Origin: Entomortierella parvispora E1425
Taxonomy: Eukaryota > Fungi > Mortierellomycota
DNA length: 64,000 bases
NCBI GenBank assembly: GCA_020891255.1
Contig: BQFW01000004.1
Span: 744,001 to 808,000 of the forward strand
Direction: 5' to 3'
Part shown: positions 36,301 to 49,000 of the stretch, in pieces
How the letters are laid out: each line of letters begins with the position of its first letter
Numbering within the stretch: the stretch's first letter is position 1
Made by a program: the position numbers and the translations under genes
Notes under the pieces: model-generated
The model's database searches: none
What the model saw: only the letters and a program-made list of their open reading frames with translations
What the model was told of the DNA's origin: nothing

Positions 36301-38575
36301 TTGGGGAGGGGGGTTGACGTCTGAGAGCGCATTGTTGCGGCAGGCTTCTGTGCCACTCTGCATGCGCACCATAAATGCAAGAGTACATTTGGATATGCAA
36401 CAAGATCAATATGGGCGATTTATTTCTTCTCTATGCAGCCGTTCACCTTTTGACTCAAGAGACTAACCATTGAAGATTCCAAGACGAAGAAGCAACGGAG
36501 AGAAGCGCGATGATATCTTACTAAGGGAACCGCTTTATTTCCAAAAGGCGCCATGTTCTACCGATGGCTTCAGCGTTCACCACCGACATGTCATCGCAGA
36601 CGTAGTCCTAAGTCTTTCTGCGACATCAGCAACAACCGCAAGCCCCGAGTGTGTTCTGCAACTCCTGAATCGGTACCTGACTCCTCCATTTACGGCTAAA
36701 TATGGTGGGTTGCATAGATTGATAGGCTCATAGAAACAACAAGAAAAGGCCAGGGGGGAAGAGGTCACTCATGGATCACCAAACAAGAAACGCGCTAGTA
36801 TGAAGAGGACGCGTCGAGGAGAGGAGTCTTTTTTCATCTCTCTGATTCCCTCCTCTTTGTCTTCTCCTCTTCCTCCTCTTCCTCCTCCTTGGACTTGAAG
36901 CAATTTATGGGAGCCCAGGCCGCGATCCGAGTCTCTTCAACGGCCCCAACGGACAGAAAGAGAGAGTGAGAGAGAGAGCGTGTGCGTGCTTGTGTGTGTA
37001 TCCAACGCCTTGGCAAGGCGGAATCGGGCATCACCTGAACGTCCAGATGCGACGCGATCGGGCACTCCCTCAAGATGAGCCTCGGCTGAAAATGAACAAT
37101 AAAAAAAGACTGAGGAAGGGGAAACACAGCAATGATCCCCCTTCCATTTATCCGGGGAACGCACCTCCGAAGAATCCAACAACATCCTTGCCAGTTCTAA
37201 TGCACCTGATGCTCTTTGGCTGGTTCTCCCTCCCCCGTCGTCTTTATTCTCTCTCCTTGCGCCTTTTTTTCAATTGCTTGCCACTTTTTAGGGTTCATCC
37301 ACAGCACCCTCGGATTGCTTTTGCTTGCAACTTCAGTTCCGACTCTACATATTTCAGCCCCGAGGATCAAAGGCTGTCTGACCTGTGCATTTTCAAAAGT
37401 AGCTCAGTAGCTCTTTGGGGAACCACCCAAGAATCAAGCGGTACATCAATGGCCTGGGGTCGCTTTGCTCAGCTTGGACTCTGTACGGACTGTTGGTTCG
37501 AGGCCCAAGCAGCGATTTTTTTTGTTAGGGTTCATGCCATGCGACGAATAAAGACGAAACGCAACAAGGGGGGGAAGATGGAAACACCAAACACTTTTGC
37601 GAGAGGCTGTTGCACAGGACCAGAACATTCAGCTTTTTTATTGTTCCAACCTAGCTCGTATCTTTGTTTTTTGTTCTTTCTCCCATCCTCCCACGCGCGT
37701 GCAGCCTGCCCTGTCATCCTTGTTCATCGACGACTCCAGGAACTTCCAGAACTCCCTAGTTAAAAAAAGAAGCCAAAACCACCTTGATGTGCACGGTACT
37801 TGTCTTGCACATCATCAAGCACAATCTTGCTTGCCCTTTGACTTGATGCTTGGCCTGTCCATCCCCTCCCATCTTTATCTATCAAGCAAATCGTTCGTTC
37901 TTTCATGCTTTGACCGGAGACTATGAAACCACAGCCGATGCGGGCCGTCGCACATATCCACATTCCACAGGTGCTCCCCGTAAGGCTCTGTGCCTTATTA
38001 AGGACACCTTTGGTCAGGGCATGTCTACGGATGGACAAAAGAGGCTCGCACATCAGCTATTTTATTCTGTGTGTTTCGGCGACGTCGCCTTTCTCTTTGC
38101 ATGAGTCCGAGGTATTATGTTTTTTTTACCCAAAGGTCAGACTAAGTTTCGCGGTGTCTCTTTCGGACATGTCCATCAAACGTCGCTTAGTTCCTCTCTA
38201 AATCAAATCGGGCGATCTAAGAGCTAGAGGTAAGGCAGCGAGAGGGCCATTGCGCACGCCTCTCAGAATGAAATATCCCTCCACAAAGATTGCAGGCCAT
38301 TGAGGCACGTCCCTGTCCACTCTAGGAGCTGGGCTGTGTTGTTCAACAACGGCATCCCTGGAATCAAGAATGGCTCCCGTGGAATACCAAAGTCATCCAT
38401 GGACTGATATGGGTCTTCTTCCGGCTTTATCATGTAAAAGTGCGACAAAACAAGGACAAGTAGTGGAATAGTCATGTTGGTCAAGTGGTTGCCTGGTTAC
38501 CGTTGATTGCTCGACTGCTGTGTTGACTGTTGCTGGGGAGAGTTATTTGCTGTACTGACTATGTTGTGCTTTCTG

Positions 38576-38764
38576 TGTCCTGTCGGTTGTCCTGTCGTTG
38601 TCCTGTCGTTGTCCTGTCGGTTGTGCTGTCGGTTGTCCTATCGGTTGTCCTATCGGTTGTCCTATCGGCTGTCCTATCGGCTGTCCTATCGGCTGTCCTA
38701 TCGGTTGTCCTATCGGCTGTCCTATCGGTTGTCCTGTCGGTTGTCCTGTCGGTTGTCCTGTTGT
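38576..38764. repeat. 12-bp minisatellite TGTCCTRTCGGY, 15 full units plus a partial unit
   Basis: Units counted directly: variants tgtcctgtcggt, tgtcctatcggt and tgtcctatcggc, two 11-bp units and one tgtgct unit. Confidence 0.95.
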
Positions 38765-40413
38765 TCCGCTTGCCTGAGTGACCTGAAGAAGCTGTCAGAG
38801 CTGTCGAAACAGTCGAAAAGCTGAAATAGCGAGTGGAAGGAAATAAGGAAGGAGGAGGAGCAAAGAACAATGAGAGCCAGTGTGGAAGAATCGTTCAGCA
38901 TTCTGTGCTGGCCCCAGTTCAAAGCTCCTGTCATCCCCCTCCTCTCCCCCTCTTCCTTTCTTTCTGCTCTTTTTCTTCCTTTTCTTTCTCCCTGCATTAC
39001 GTTTCTTTTTTCTTTTCACGCAAGTAATGGCTGCGCACCACCCACCTTGGCGCATTCCAAACCACTCTTGTTTGAACTTGTTTTCCGCTAGTTGTGTGGC
39101 TGTGAAACAGCGGGAAGGTGGAGGTTATCCTCAAGAACCCGACAATCCAATGCAAAATGACCAAAAAGGGTAGACAGATTCGAGTGCATCCTGGATTTTT
39201 ATTGATTTTCTGTGTGACCGAAACTGCCGATCAACTTTGGGAGGTTAAACGCGTCAGGACACGAACCACCTTTTCAGGTACACAAAGGGTCAAAGAAGAG
39301 AAGGAGCGAGAGAAACGAGAGAGCGCTGCAAAGCTAGCACTGACCACATGTACAGACCGAGGCGGTGTCATGGCTGTTTGTTACAACTTGTGCTTCTATG
39401 CCATATTGCTCGTACGGAGGCGGTAAAAAAAAAAAAAAAAAAAAAAAAAGGAGCAGTGAGAAATCGGTGGTGGGAGGCAAAAGAGACGGGTGCACAGTCC
39501 TCACCTTTGCAAGTTTTGTCGCTCGTCGCAAGGAGACTCCCAGGAGGTGCACGAACAAGGGACTTTGCTGGGCGCTGACCACTCTTTGTCTTTGTTCTCT
39601 TCACGTACGAAGGAACGAAAGACGGGGAAGTGAAGTTTATTTTGTCCTTAGTAATGGTGGGATCGCAACGTGTGGGTGCAGCTCAATTGAATGACCTCGG
39701 AAAGTCTCCCACTCTGGTTCTCTGCACGGTGTCCGACAGAGTGAAGAGGTGGAGGATATACATTGCTCAGTTCGAGAAAGAGACACGACAATGAACAAGG
39801 CCACATGACCTCGAGGGCCGGTAGCAAAAAAGAAAAGACCCCTCTTCTCATCGCTAGACGGCAACAATAAAGCAGACCGCCAGGTCGAGAAGGAATGTTA
39901 AAGTTGTTTCTCCACGTCTCCTGGACTTGACGTTTTTAACAGCCATCACAGCCAGCCGGACAGACAGCCCGACGTGCTATTTCTTTTGCTGCATGCCATC
40001 AGTTGCCGCCCTTGTATATTTCTTTCGGATAGTTACCTCTCCTTGCCAAATGCTAATAGTCGTCCTCGTGCCGCGCAGGTTCACTGAAGTTGACCTCTTT
40101 CATTTACCTCACCTTGCTTTCTCTCCCTCCTTTCTAACCCTCGTTCTCTCTCTCTCTCGCTCGCTCGCTCCCGCTCTTTCCCTCTTTGTCTCTCTTTCTG
40201 TCCTGGTGCTCACTCTTCCTCTTTTCTCTGCTCAAATTCAAACCCCAAAAGAAAAAGAAGGCGACTCTCTTTCCATCTCCACTCTTGGACGCCCTCTTTC
40301 CCTACCTTTCCTTCTACCATACCGCATCACCCCTCTTCTTTCTTCCATTTTCTTTCCATATCAGTCTTGCAACACACATTCAATCACCACGGCAAACGCG
40401 AAGATCACGAACA

Positions 40414-42772
40414 ATGTCGCGTATCTCCCCTCCCATCACCGAGAGCATGCGCTCAGAGACCGGATACCAATCCTACCACATGGACGACGCTCAATCACTC
40501 GAGTCGCCTTCGTCACCCATGATGGTTCCTATCCCGCACCTGTTCCAAAATCAAAAGACAATGGACGGGAACACGAACAACTGCAACAGCAGCCTCAACA
40601 AGAGGATCAGTGATTGCGGGTACCCGGCCACTGCGATCAAGGTTGATCAGCCCTACCAGTCGTTTTTGAACCATCCATTCACCAAGCTTCAGCAACAACA
40701 ATACAGCCCTCCACAGGACCCAAATACTCAACCACAAAGACCACAGGCCTACATCAACAAATACAACAGCTACACCAACAGCAGCAAGAGTATCAGGCTC
40801 ATCACGATCCCCAGCACCTCTTCGGCACTTTCGAGCATCGAAAAGTCCAAGGTGAACAACCAGATGATGGCCTTGGACAGTCCTACATCGCCCATGGTCT
40901 CGCCTCCACCTCCTTATCTCCATTCGGATCACGGAGACGGGCGATTCAGTCCTGATAGTAAAAGACAATACCAGTCCCATCAACAGAAAACATCGAGTCA
41001 GCACGGACACCAGCAGCCCCAATGGCCTTCTATGATGATGCTGTCGTCCTCTGCAGGAGTGACCACGACGGCTGCAACAGTGACGCGACCCAAGCTGGCC
41101 AGAGTGCTGCCCCCTCAAGCCATCCCTATCGTCACCTCTGGTTTAGGGATTAGCAAGCTTGGCCGAGGCCCCTCGAGTGCTGATGCCACCCCCCTGACGG
41201 CAACCACGCCCAGACCCAGTCGGCTGATGAAGATGCAGATGATGGACAGTGACAGCGTCCAGATGTCTGAGGAGTGCCTGGACACTCCTGCCATGCAGTC
41301 GACCATGTTGTCTGCGGCAGTAATGGGACCAATGAGTCTTCGGTCCGGTTCCCCTTCGACTTATCCTGGGTTCTGGGAAGATGCGCGACTATCCAAGATG
41401 CATTATGTCTTTCTCTCCTTTGGACTGGTGATGATGGGCTCCGCTATCTGGGTCTTGGTCATGCAGGTCTTCCTCCTCCAATGGGCCACGGTGATGCCAG
41501 TGACTTCCCTCGTGCTCTTTGGCATGCAATACGGCGTAAGTGTCTATATGTCTGTCCCCTTGTGCCACACCCGGTATCCCCTCCTACATTTTGTGTATGT
41601 TTCCATCACTTTTTTCGGAGGGTTAGACAGTGGTTTTCAAGGGAGAAGATCCTCCTTTTTCAACCCTCATCGTTTGTCTTCAACATCTGGGGTCTCTCCT
41701 CTTCACCCTGAATTCCCTTCTCTCACTAACGGCTAATAGCCTGGCTTGGGAGGGGCCATACTTGCCCCCCGAAGAAGTCACAGTCCCTGGTCTATCAATT
41801 TCACGATTTACGGACAGAAAAAAATCGCAGAAACAAAAACAAAGGGATGCATTCGCCCCCTTTATCCGCGCCGTTCTGTTTCCCACCATCTCTATTTTTC
41901 TCAATCTCTCAATCTCTCTCTCTCTCTCGTTCTATCTACTCTCTCTCCCTTGCTTTCTATTCGACTTACGTCCATATGCCTTGCATATCAGTTGTCACCT
42001 TCTCCGTCCTTCGATCTATCTTTTTTTCTCTCCCTCTCTTTGAAATGCCTTGCCGAGTGAGCTCTGAGGATCTAACGTAAAACGCCTTATCCATTGTTAT
42101 TTCCAATTTGTCGGGGATCATCTATCTTATTTTTTGTGTACCACAATCTAGAGGTACCGTTGGAAGCGAAACAGGCACTATCGCCAAGTGAAAAAGAATG
42201 GAGAGGCCTCTGCCTCCGCGGCTGTCGCGGCAGCCGCAGCTGCAGCTGCCCAAGCCCAGCTCTCGTCTTCGTATTCGCCTAGAGAGTCGGACGCGTACTT
42301 GGAGCCACACCAGCCTCGCAGCTTTTACGCGACGCCACTTCCTCAACATCATGTGACCTTCCAGCATGAACAAGAACAGCAACAGCAACAGCAGTTTAAC
42401 CAACAGGCCTACAAGCAGCCTCGTTCTCAGCAGCAGCAAGCGTCCAAGAAGTACCCTCAACATCACCAGTTCCGCCCCTCTTCTCCCACACCAATGTCCG
42501 CCTCCCCACCTTCATCCTCTCTGGTATCCATGTCATCGTCATCTTCGTCGACATCGTCTTCGTCGTCCTTGTCGTCCATGGGTCATCATAAGGCGCCTGT
42601 CAACAGCGCCAGCCCTTACTACCAGAACCATCAGTTCCTCTCGCCCGTGGACTCGCCTACGACACCGCCTCCGGCCTACTTCTTGAAGAAGATGGAGTTG
42701 CCAGAGATTGGATCCGTAGTCGGAGACTTGGTGAGCGAATTTGAGGTCGACTTTAGCTCGATCAAATACTAA
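40414..42772 (+). CDS. Hypothetical two-TM membrane protein with low-complexity flanks
   Basis: Exon 1 40414-41535 ends in two hydrophobic helices (HYVFLSFGLVMMGSAIWVLV; WATVMPVTSLVLFGMQYG). A phase-0 GTAAGT...CTAG intron (41536-42151) joins it to exon 2 (42152-42772), which starts with basic RYRWKRNRHYRQVKK. Confidence 0.7.
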
Positions 42773-43164
42773 GAATCGAGCAAGGGGAAGGGGCGAGGGA
42801 AGGGGAGGCACCACTGCACTGCAAATGCCTCAACCGACCCGTTTTGCTCGCTTCATATCTTTTTTTTTTCTTCATATTTTTTATCAGTTATTTGATTTTC
42901 CATACAGTCTTTTCCATCTCCTCGCTGTAGTAGTTTCTCTACTACGTCCATCAACAAAGCATCTCATTTTCAAGTCCTCAGAAGAAGTCCTGATTTCTTT
43001 GTCCGCATCCGCCCGCGTCCTCTACCCACCACAGCATTCTGTTTTCCTTCGGTGTTCAGCACAACTTAATACGAATACATAATCATAATAAAAGGGCAAT
43101 TGTCAATACTCCTTTTGTCCTTTTGTTTGTTGCGTTTTTTCAACTATTTGTTCCACTTTTTGTT

Positions 43165-44520
43165 TCAAGCATCAACAGCAGTGATCTTGAGCTGAGTCTT
43201 TCGCCAATCCCAGTACTTGCTTCGGATAGTATCCACCTTCTCGGACAAGATCGAACACTCTCCCTTGGCCAACTCCAAACTCTCCTTGTTGAGACCCTCC
43301 TTGGCTTCCAGCTCATAAATGTCGAGCAAGGTCGAATGCAAGAAAGGCGAGCAATTAGCGCGAATTGATGGTACCAATGACTCGCAAAATTCCTTGACTT
43401 CTGTCACTGGATGGCGAGCTCGGTTCAGAATGCTAGAAAGATAAGAGAAGAAGTGTAAGAAAGGATTCTGAAAGCTGATAACTGATAATTACCACTCTGC
43501 TGCCTTACCCAGAAAGGTAGACCCAAGGGCTTTCGTTGTTGGGTGTCCTTTGAATCTTTGCTTTCGTGTATTCAACCTCCTTCTGCAACAGCTCCTCGGT
43601 CAATCCCTTGGGCCCTTCTGTAATTGTGAAGTATCTCTGGTTCCAGGCCGAATTGTTGCGGATGTCAATTGACAGCAACTCGTCCACATACGCCAACTCT
43701 TCATCCCACCAGGGTCCAGGGCCGAAATGAGCCATGACCCACTGACGATAAGACCAAGCATGGTAATTCTTTGCATCTTCTGCCAAAGCTTCCTTGAGAC
43801 ACTGGAGTTCAACCCGGACGATTTCCTGGATAGCTTCCTGTTGGTTCGAGGCTAGGTCCTGGTATTTTATCGTTGGGACAGGCGTCGTGGCAGAAGTGGG
43901 GACCAAAGGTGTTGTAGGAGCGGTGGGCATGAATTGTTCAGAACGGTATTCAACAACGACCTGACGATGACGCCAAATCTGGTAGGATTTGGGGTGCTCA
44001 ATGACCATATCCTGAATCCACTCCATCTCCTCGTTTAGATCCTTATTCAAGGCCTTGAGGAGGACCTGGCGGTAGTGCCTAGAAAAGGCCAGGGGTACGG
44101 GATTACATTAAATACACGTCAGAAATGAAACCTTGCCTTCGATTGTGGTCCAAAGCCAAGAGGCTATGTCTTTTCAGGGCCAAAGTTCCGAGGACATTTT
44201 CAATTACCAGACGGTATAATGGGATGAATTGAGCTCAATCACAATCTTTGTCAGCTCCAGCGCGCGTTCACTCTGCTCCTGGGTCCTGCAGATGGCACGG
44301 AAGTAGTCCATGGCCGTAGAGTCTATTGCATGTTTAAAAGAGATTAATCTCGCTAGCTTTTTCACCGGCACCTATCGATGCATGCATGAGCAATAACCAT
44401 ACATTCTTTCGCATAAGCGATGGGCACGAGAGGATTTGGACCGTCGTCCTGAGGCAGAGGCACGACATCGGCCCATTCGGGCCTTTCGTAGAATGGCAAG
44501 TCGTCGTGGTCGTCGGCCAT
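43165..44520 (-). CDS. RAM2: Protein farnesyltransferase/geranylgeranyltransferase-I alpha subunit
   Basis: Motifs [96 protein letters not shown]; three introns. Confidence 0.95.
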
Positions 44521-45195
44521 GGCAGATGTAATGTAGTATGTGGAGAGCAAGGGCGTGTGGGAAGAAGAGGAGGGGTGTGGCTCGAAGCTCGAGGCGAGGG
44601 CCAAAGGAGGCCAAAAGGAGGCATCTAAGAAAGTCACGTTTTTTCCCTGTTCTTTCGTCTGAGTTGCATGGCATGTACCACACCATACACCAAAATCATA
44701 CACACATACACAACAGTAGTCAAGAAAGCTGTCCATGACAGGATAGCATAGAGAGAGACTGGAAGACGGAAGATAGAAGAGGAGACAGAGACAGAGGGGA
44801 GATAGCGACGGGTCGGGCCCCGTCTGTACTGGCCTGCTTACGAACGATAGAGTATTCTTCCCTTTCTCTTTTTCATGTTGCCTCCTCTGCTGCTGGCTGG
44901 TCCAGCGGGAGTGATGAAGGAGTGAGAAAAGAGCCTTACAAAAAAAAAAAAAAAAAAAAAAAAAGGTCCACCCAAGGTTCAATCTCAACGCCAGGACCAT
45001 GCGAGCTGACCGTGGTCAGACACGCCTCACGAATGAATGGGAAAATGGGAATGAAGGGATCAAGTCCCCTGGGTCATCGTCCTCTTCTTCTTCTACCTTT
45101 TCTTCTTCCAACTTCTCCTCCTTTTCCTCCCCTGTCCCCCTGGTTTCTTCTCCTCCTTCCTTTGCATTCAGGTACAGCTCTCCGTTCACTCCATT

Positions 45196-45266
45196 CTCCT
45201 CCTCCTCCTCCTCCTCCTCCTCCTCCTCCTCCTCCTCCTCCTCCTCCTCCTCCTCCTCCTCCTCCT
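45196..45266. repeat. (CCT)n microsatellite, about 23 units
   Basis: Pure CCT tract ending about 30 nt upstream of the ATG at 45298. Confidence 0.95.
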
Positions 45267-45297
45267 GACTCCGCACTGCAAAGAGACATTCGCCAGA

Positions 45298-45972
45298 ATG
45301 TCCCAGCGCAATCCACATCATGGCACCTCCTCTTCCATAGACTTCAACTCCACGAAGCCAGCGTCGAGGCCGCGGCTAGAGAGGCCGAATTCCTCTCCTT
45401 CGACTGCCACTACCTCTTCTGCTATTGCTACAAAAATCAATAAGAGCAACATCATCAATACCCCTGCTACCCAGTCCCCTTCCTCGTCGTCAACGGCCTC
45501 CACCTCCACTTCCACCACATCAACCGCCACAGGGGCAGCAACAGGGAGATCAGGGCAAGGGTCAGGATCTGGCACAACAGGCCGTGCTAGCAGACCTCCC
45601 AATGCCGTCCAGCCTGGGAAGCAGCGACCCAAGACAGCATACCAGGCCGTGACCTGGAAGGAGAACCTGGACGCGTTCAATCGACGACTCCGACGAGGAA
45701 GTCTTAGTCTGGATGCTGCCGCGCAAGAAGAGGAGATGGCCAGTCAAGCCATAGCTCAAGCAAGGGCCCAGGCGAAAGCCCAACAAAAGAAGCAGGCTAG
45801 AGAGTCATATTATCCACACCACCACCATCCTCAAGATCAACATGACGACCATGCTGACCCCACGCTGCGAAAGGATCCCAAAGGTATGCAAAAAAGCTTT
45901 TCCTGCGAACCGTTCGTTGTCACACTCGATAGGGGGTAAGACAAAACACCTCTGTTTATTTGTTCTCACCGC

Positions 45973-46003
<31 letters not shown>

Positions 46004-49000
46004 GGCCTTTTTGCTGTACCAGGACTAGGTGCAACTGTGCCGGAAGAACAGACTCAGCTCCTCGGGAAGGGTACAAAAAAGACCAATGGGATCACAAACA
46101 CCTCGCAGGGCTATGGTGCTGCAGCAACAGGGGCACAGGGTCAAATGCACGATTCGCTTTCATCCTTGTACTTGAGAGGACAGGCCGCGATCGCCAGGCT
46201 GTTCAACTCTTCTCCTTGTCAAGCTCATCCTCCCGATGAAGAATCTCACGATCATGCGTTCCCGACCCAACTGAACCCCGTGGTCGCAACAAAAAAGTCG
46301 TCAAAGTTGGGCGTCTTCTCAGGAGTATTTGTGCCTTGTGTCCTGAGTATCTGGGGCATTATCTTGTTTTTGCGTTTTGGATTCATCATTGGACAGGCGG
46401 GTGTGCTGGGTACTATGGCCATGTTCATTGTCGGCTACACAATCAATATCTTCACGACCATGTCCCTTAGTGCCATCAGCACTAATGGAACCGTCCGAGG
46501 TAAGCAACAAGGCAAACGAGAGGGATGCAAATGCCCAAACTCTACAGAAAGTATCTTCCCAAGACATGAAAGCTAATCACCTCATACAATTACGATGCAG
46601 GCGGCGGCGTGTATTACCTTTTGAGTCGAAGTTTAGGACCCGAGTTTGGAGGCAGCATTGGTCTGATATACTTTCTGGGGACCGTGATCGGGTGCGGGAT
46701 GAACGTGCTTGGTTTTGTGGAACCTCTGATTTCAAACTTTGGCGAATCCTCCGGCACTGTCTACAGGGTCCTACCAGAGAGCAAGGTATGCAGAACAAAA
46801 TGTGAAACGAGAGCAGACGCGCATGCGTTGCACTGCATGCTTCACTGGATATGTGTATGTGGTTGCAGGTGTGATGGGTTCGCTGACTACCTTCGTGCCA
46901 TTTCTTCCTGTCCTTTTTGTCACTGGTCAGCTTTGGGATTTCATCTACGGTACCATCCTTTTGGTGTCGTGCACGCTTGTCTGCTTGGTCGGGTCGAAGG
47001 TAATATGACTGTTCGGTGGTTTGATCAACCAATGATCCTGCTACTTTCCTTTCATTATATTAACGATACATCCCTGTGTTCCCTTCGTCCCCTGCAGCTC
47101 TTTTCACGTGCATCCCTAGTTCTCGCCGTGATCATCCTGCTTTCGACACTATCCATTTTTATCTCGTTTGCCATGGTCCCACCATTTACGCACCCAGAGA
47201 GAAATATCGAATACACAGGATTCTCATGGGAGACGCTCCAAGAGAACCTGTGGCCGAGATTTACAGTGATGACTGGACCTGATGGAACCAAGGAGAGCTT
47301 TCAATCAGTCTTTGGAGTGCTTTTCCCTGCCTGTATCGGAATTCTTGCCGGCGCGTCGATGTCTGGAGATCTAGAGAATCCAAGTAAATCCATCCCCACT
47401 GGAACACTTTGGGCTGTTGGATCTACATTTTGTGTCTACACCTTCATTGTCGTTCTCATGGGAGGCTCAATCTCGCGAAGCACCATGTACACTGATCTTA
47501 GTGTTTTGCAGGATGTAAGTTCCAGAATACGAAGAGTTTCTCGGTTTTAGTCACCTTATGTCTAGATTTGCTAATCTCAATCGTTCCACCATAGATCTCA
47601 ATTTCTCCACTTATGATTGCCGCCGGTGCATTAGCAGCGTCTGTGTTTGCAACTCTGGGCAGTGTCATTGGAGCGGCAAAACTATTGCAGGCGATTGCTC
47701 GGGATAACCTGTTACCCTTCTTGTCGGTGTTTGGTCAAGGCACTCCCAAGACGGACGAACCGACTATCGCAGTCCTTCTCACTTTTATCCTGTGCCAGTT
47801 TTGTCTCTTCTTGACCGATATGAACGCGATCGCCATGTTTGTATCGATGGTCACGCTGTTGACATTCCTGATCATCAATCTGGCCTGTTTCTTGCTCAAG
47901 ATCGGCTCAGCCCCCAACTTTCGACCCAGCTTTCGGTTCTTTCATTGGTGGACAGCCTTTGGAGGCATGGTCTCTTGCGCGTTGGTAATGGGACTAGTGG
48001 ACTTGGGCAAATCATTATTGAGTGGACTAATCGTGTCCGTGATCTTTATCTGGATCCACTACTGGTCCCCACCAAAGCGATGGGGAGACGTCACTCAGTC
48101 TTTGATCTATCATCAAGTCAGGAAATATTTGTTACGGCTGGATTCTCGAAAGGAGCACGTCAAGTTTTGGAGACCCCAGATTTTGTTGCTGGTACATCAC
48201 CCAAGGTCCGAGTATCATTTGATTCAGTTTTGTAATCATTTGAAAAAAGGCGCTCTATACGTTCTGGGACATGTCATCTTGGGCGACCTCAGAGATGTGT
48301 TACCAGAGTATCGACGACAGCAGGGTAGCTGGCTCAAATTTGTGGACGTGCTGCAGATCAAAGCATTCGTGAACTTGGCGGTCGCAGATTCAGTCAGGAT
48401 CGGCGCTAGAAACTTATTGATCGGTACTGGACTCGGAGGTATGAGGCCCAATATTGTCGTCTTGGGCTCTTTCAATCTCCAGCGACTCCTAAAGTTGAAG
48501 GAGGAAGAACAGCGACATTCCAGGGCTTTAAGACAGCAGCAACAACAGAGAGATGATGAGGAAGGAGGTCCTCTTCCAATTGCTATCGGATCACCTGTTC
48601 ATCATCACTCACCGGTAACACCTCAGGTGAAGGGAGGCAACACTTTCAACTCCATAGCGGGCCCAACTCACATTACGACGTCCGCATCGGGTATGGCCGA
48701 CACTTTGCTCAATGTCCCAATCAGTCTCCCAATTGACAATATCCGAGTTGAGGCCCCTATCAAGATCACAGATTATGTTTCGATCATCGAGGACGTCCTT
48801 TCACTCAACAAAGCTGTCGCCATTGCCTATGGATTTGATAAGCTGGACCTACCTGAAGAACAGAGCAGGAGTATTTGGAACCTGCTCAGTCTTGCCGCCA
48901 ACAGTGAGAATCAACGACCTCCACCTTCAACGTCGGCTTCGAGGGCTTCGTCTATGCACAGGCATGGCGACAAGAAAAAGAAAAAGTATATTGACCTTTG

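Noticed and set aside
38576-38764. CRISPR array or telomeric repeat interpretation of the tandem repeat
   Set aside because: There are no spacers, the context is eukaryotic, and the unit is unlike TTAGGG-type telomere repeats.
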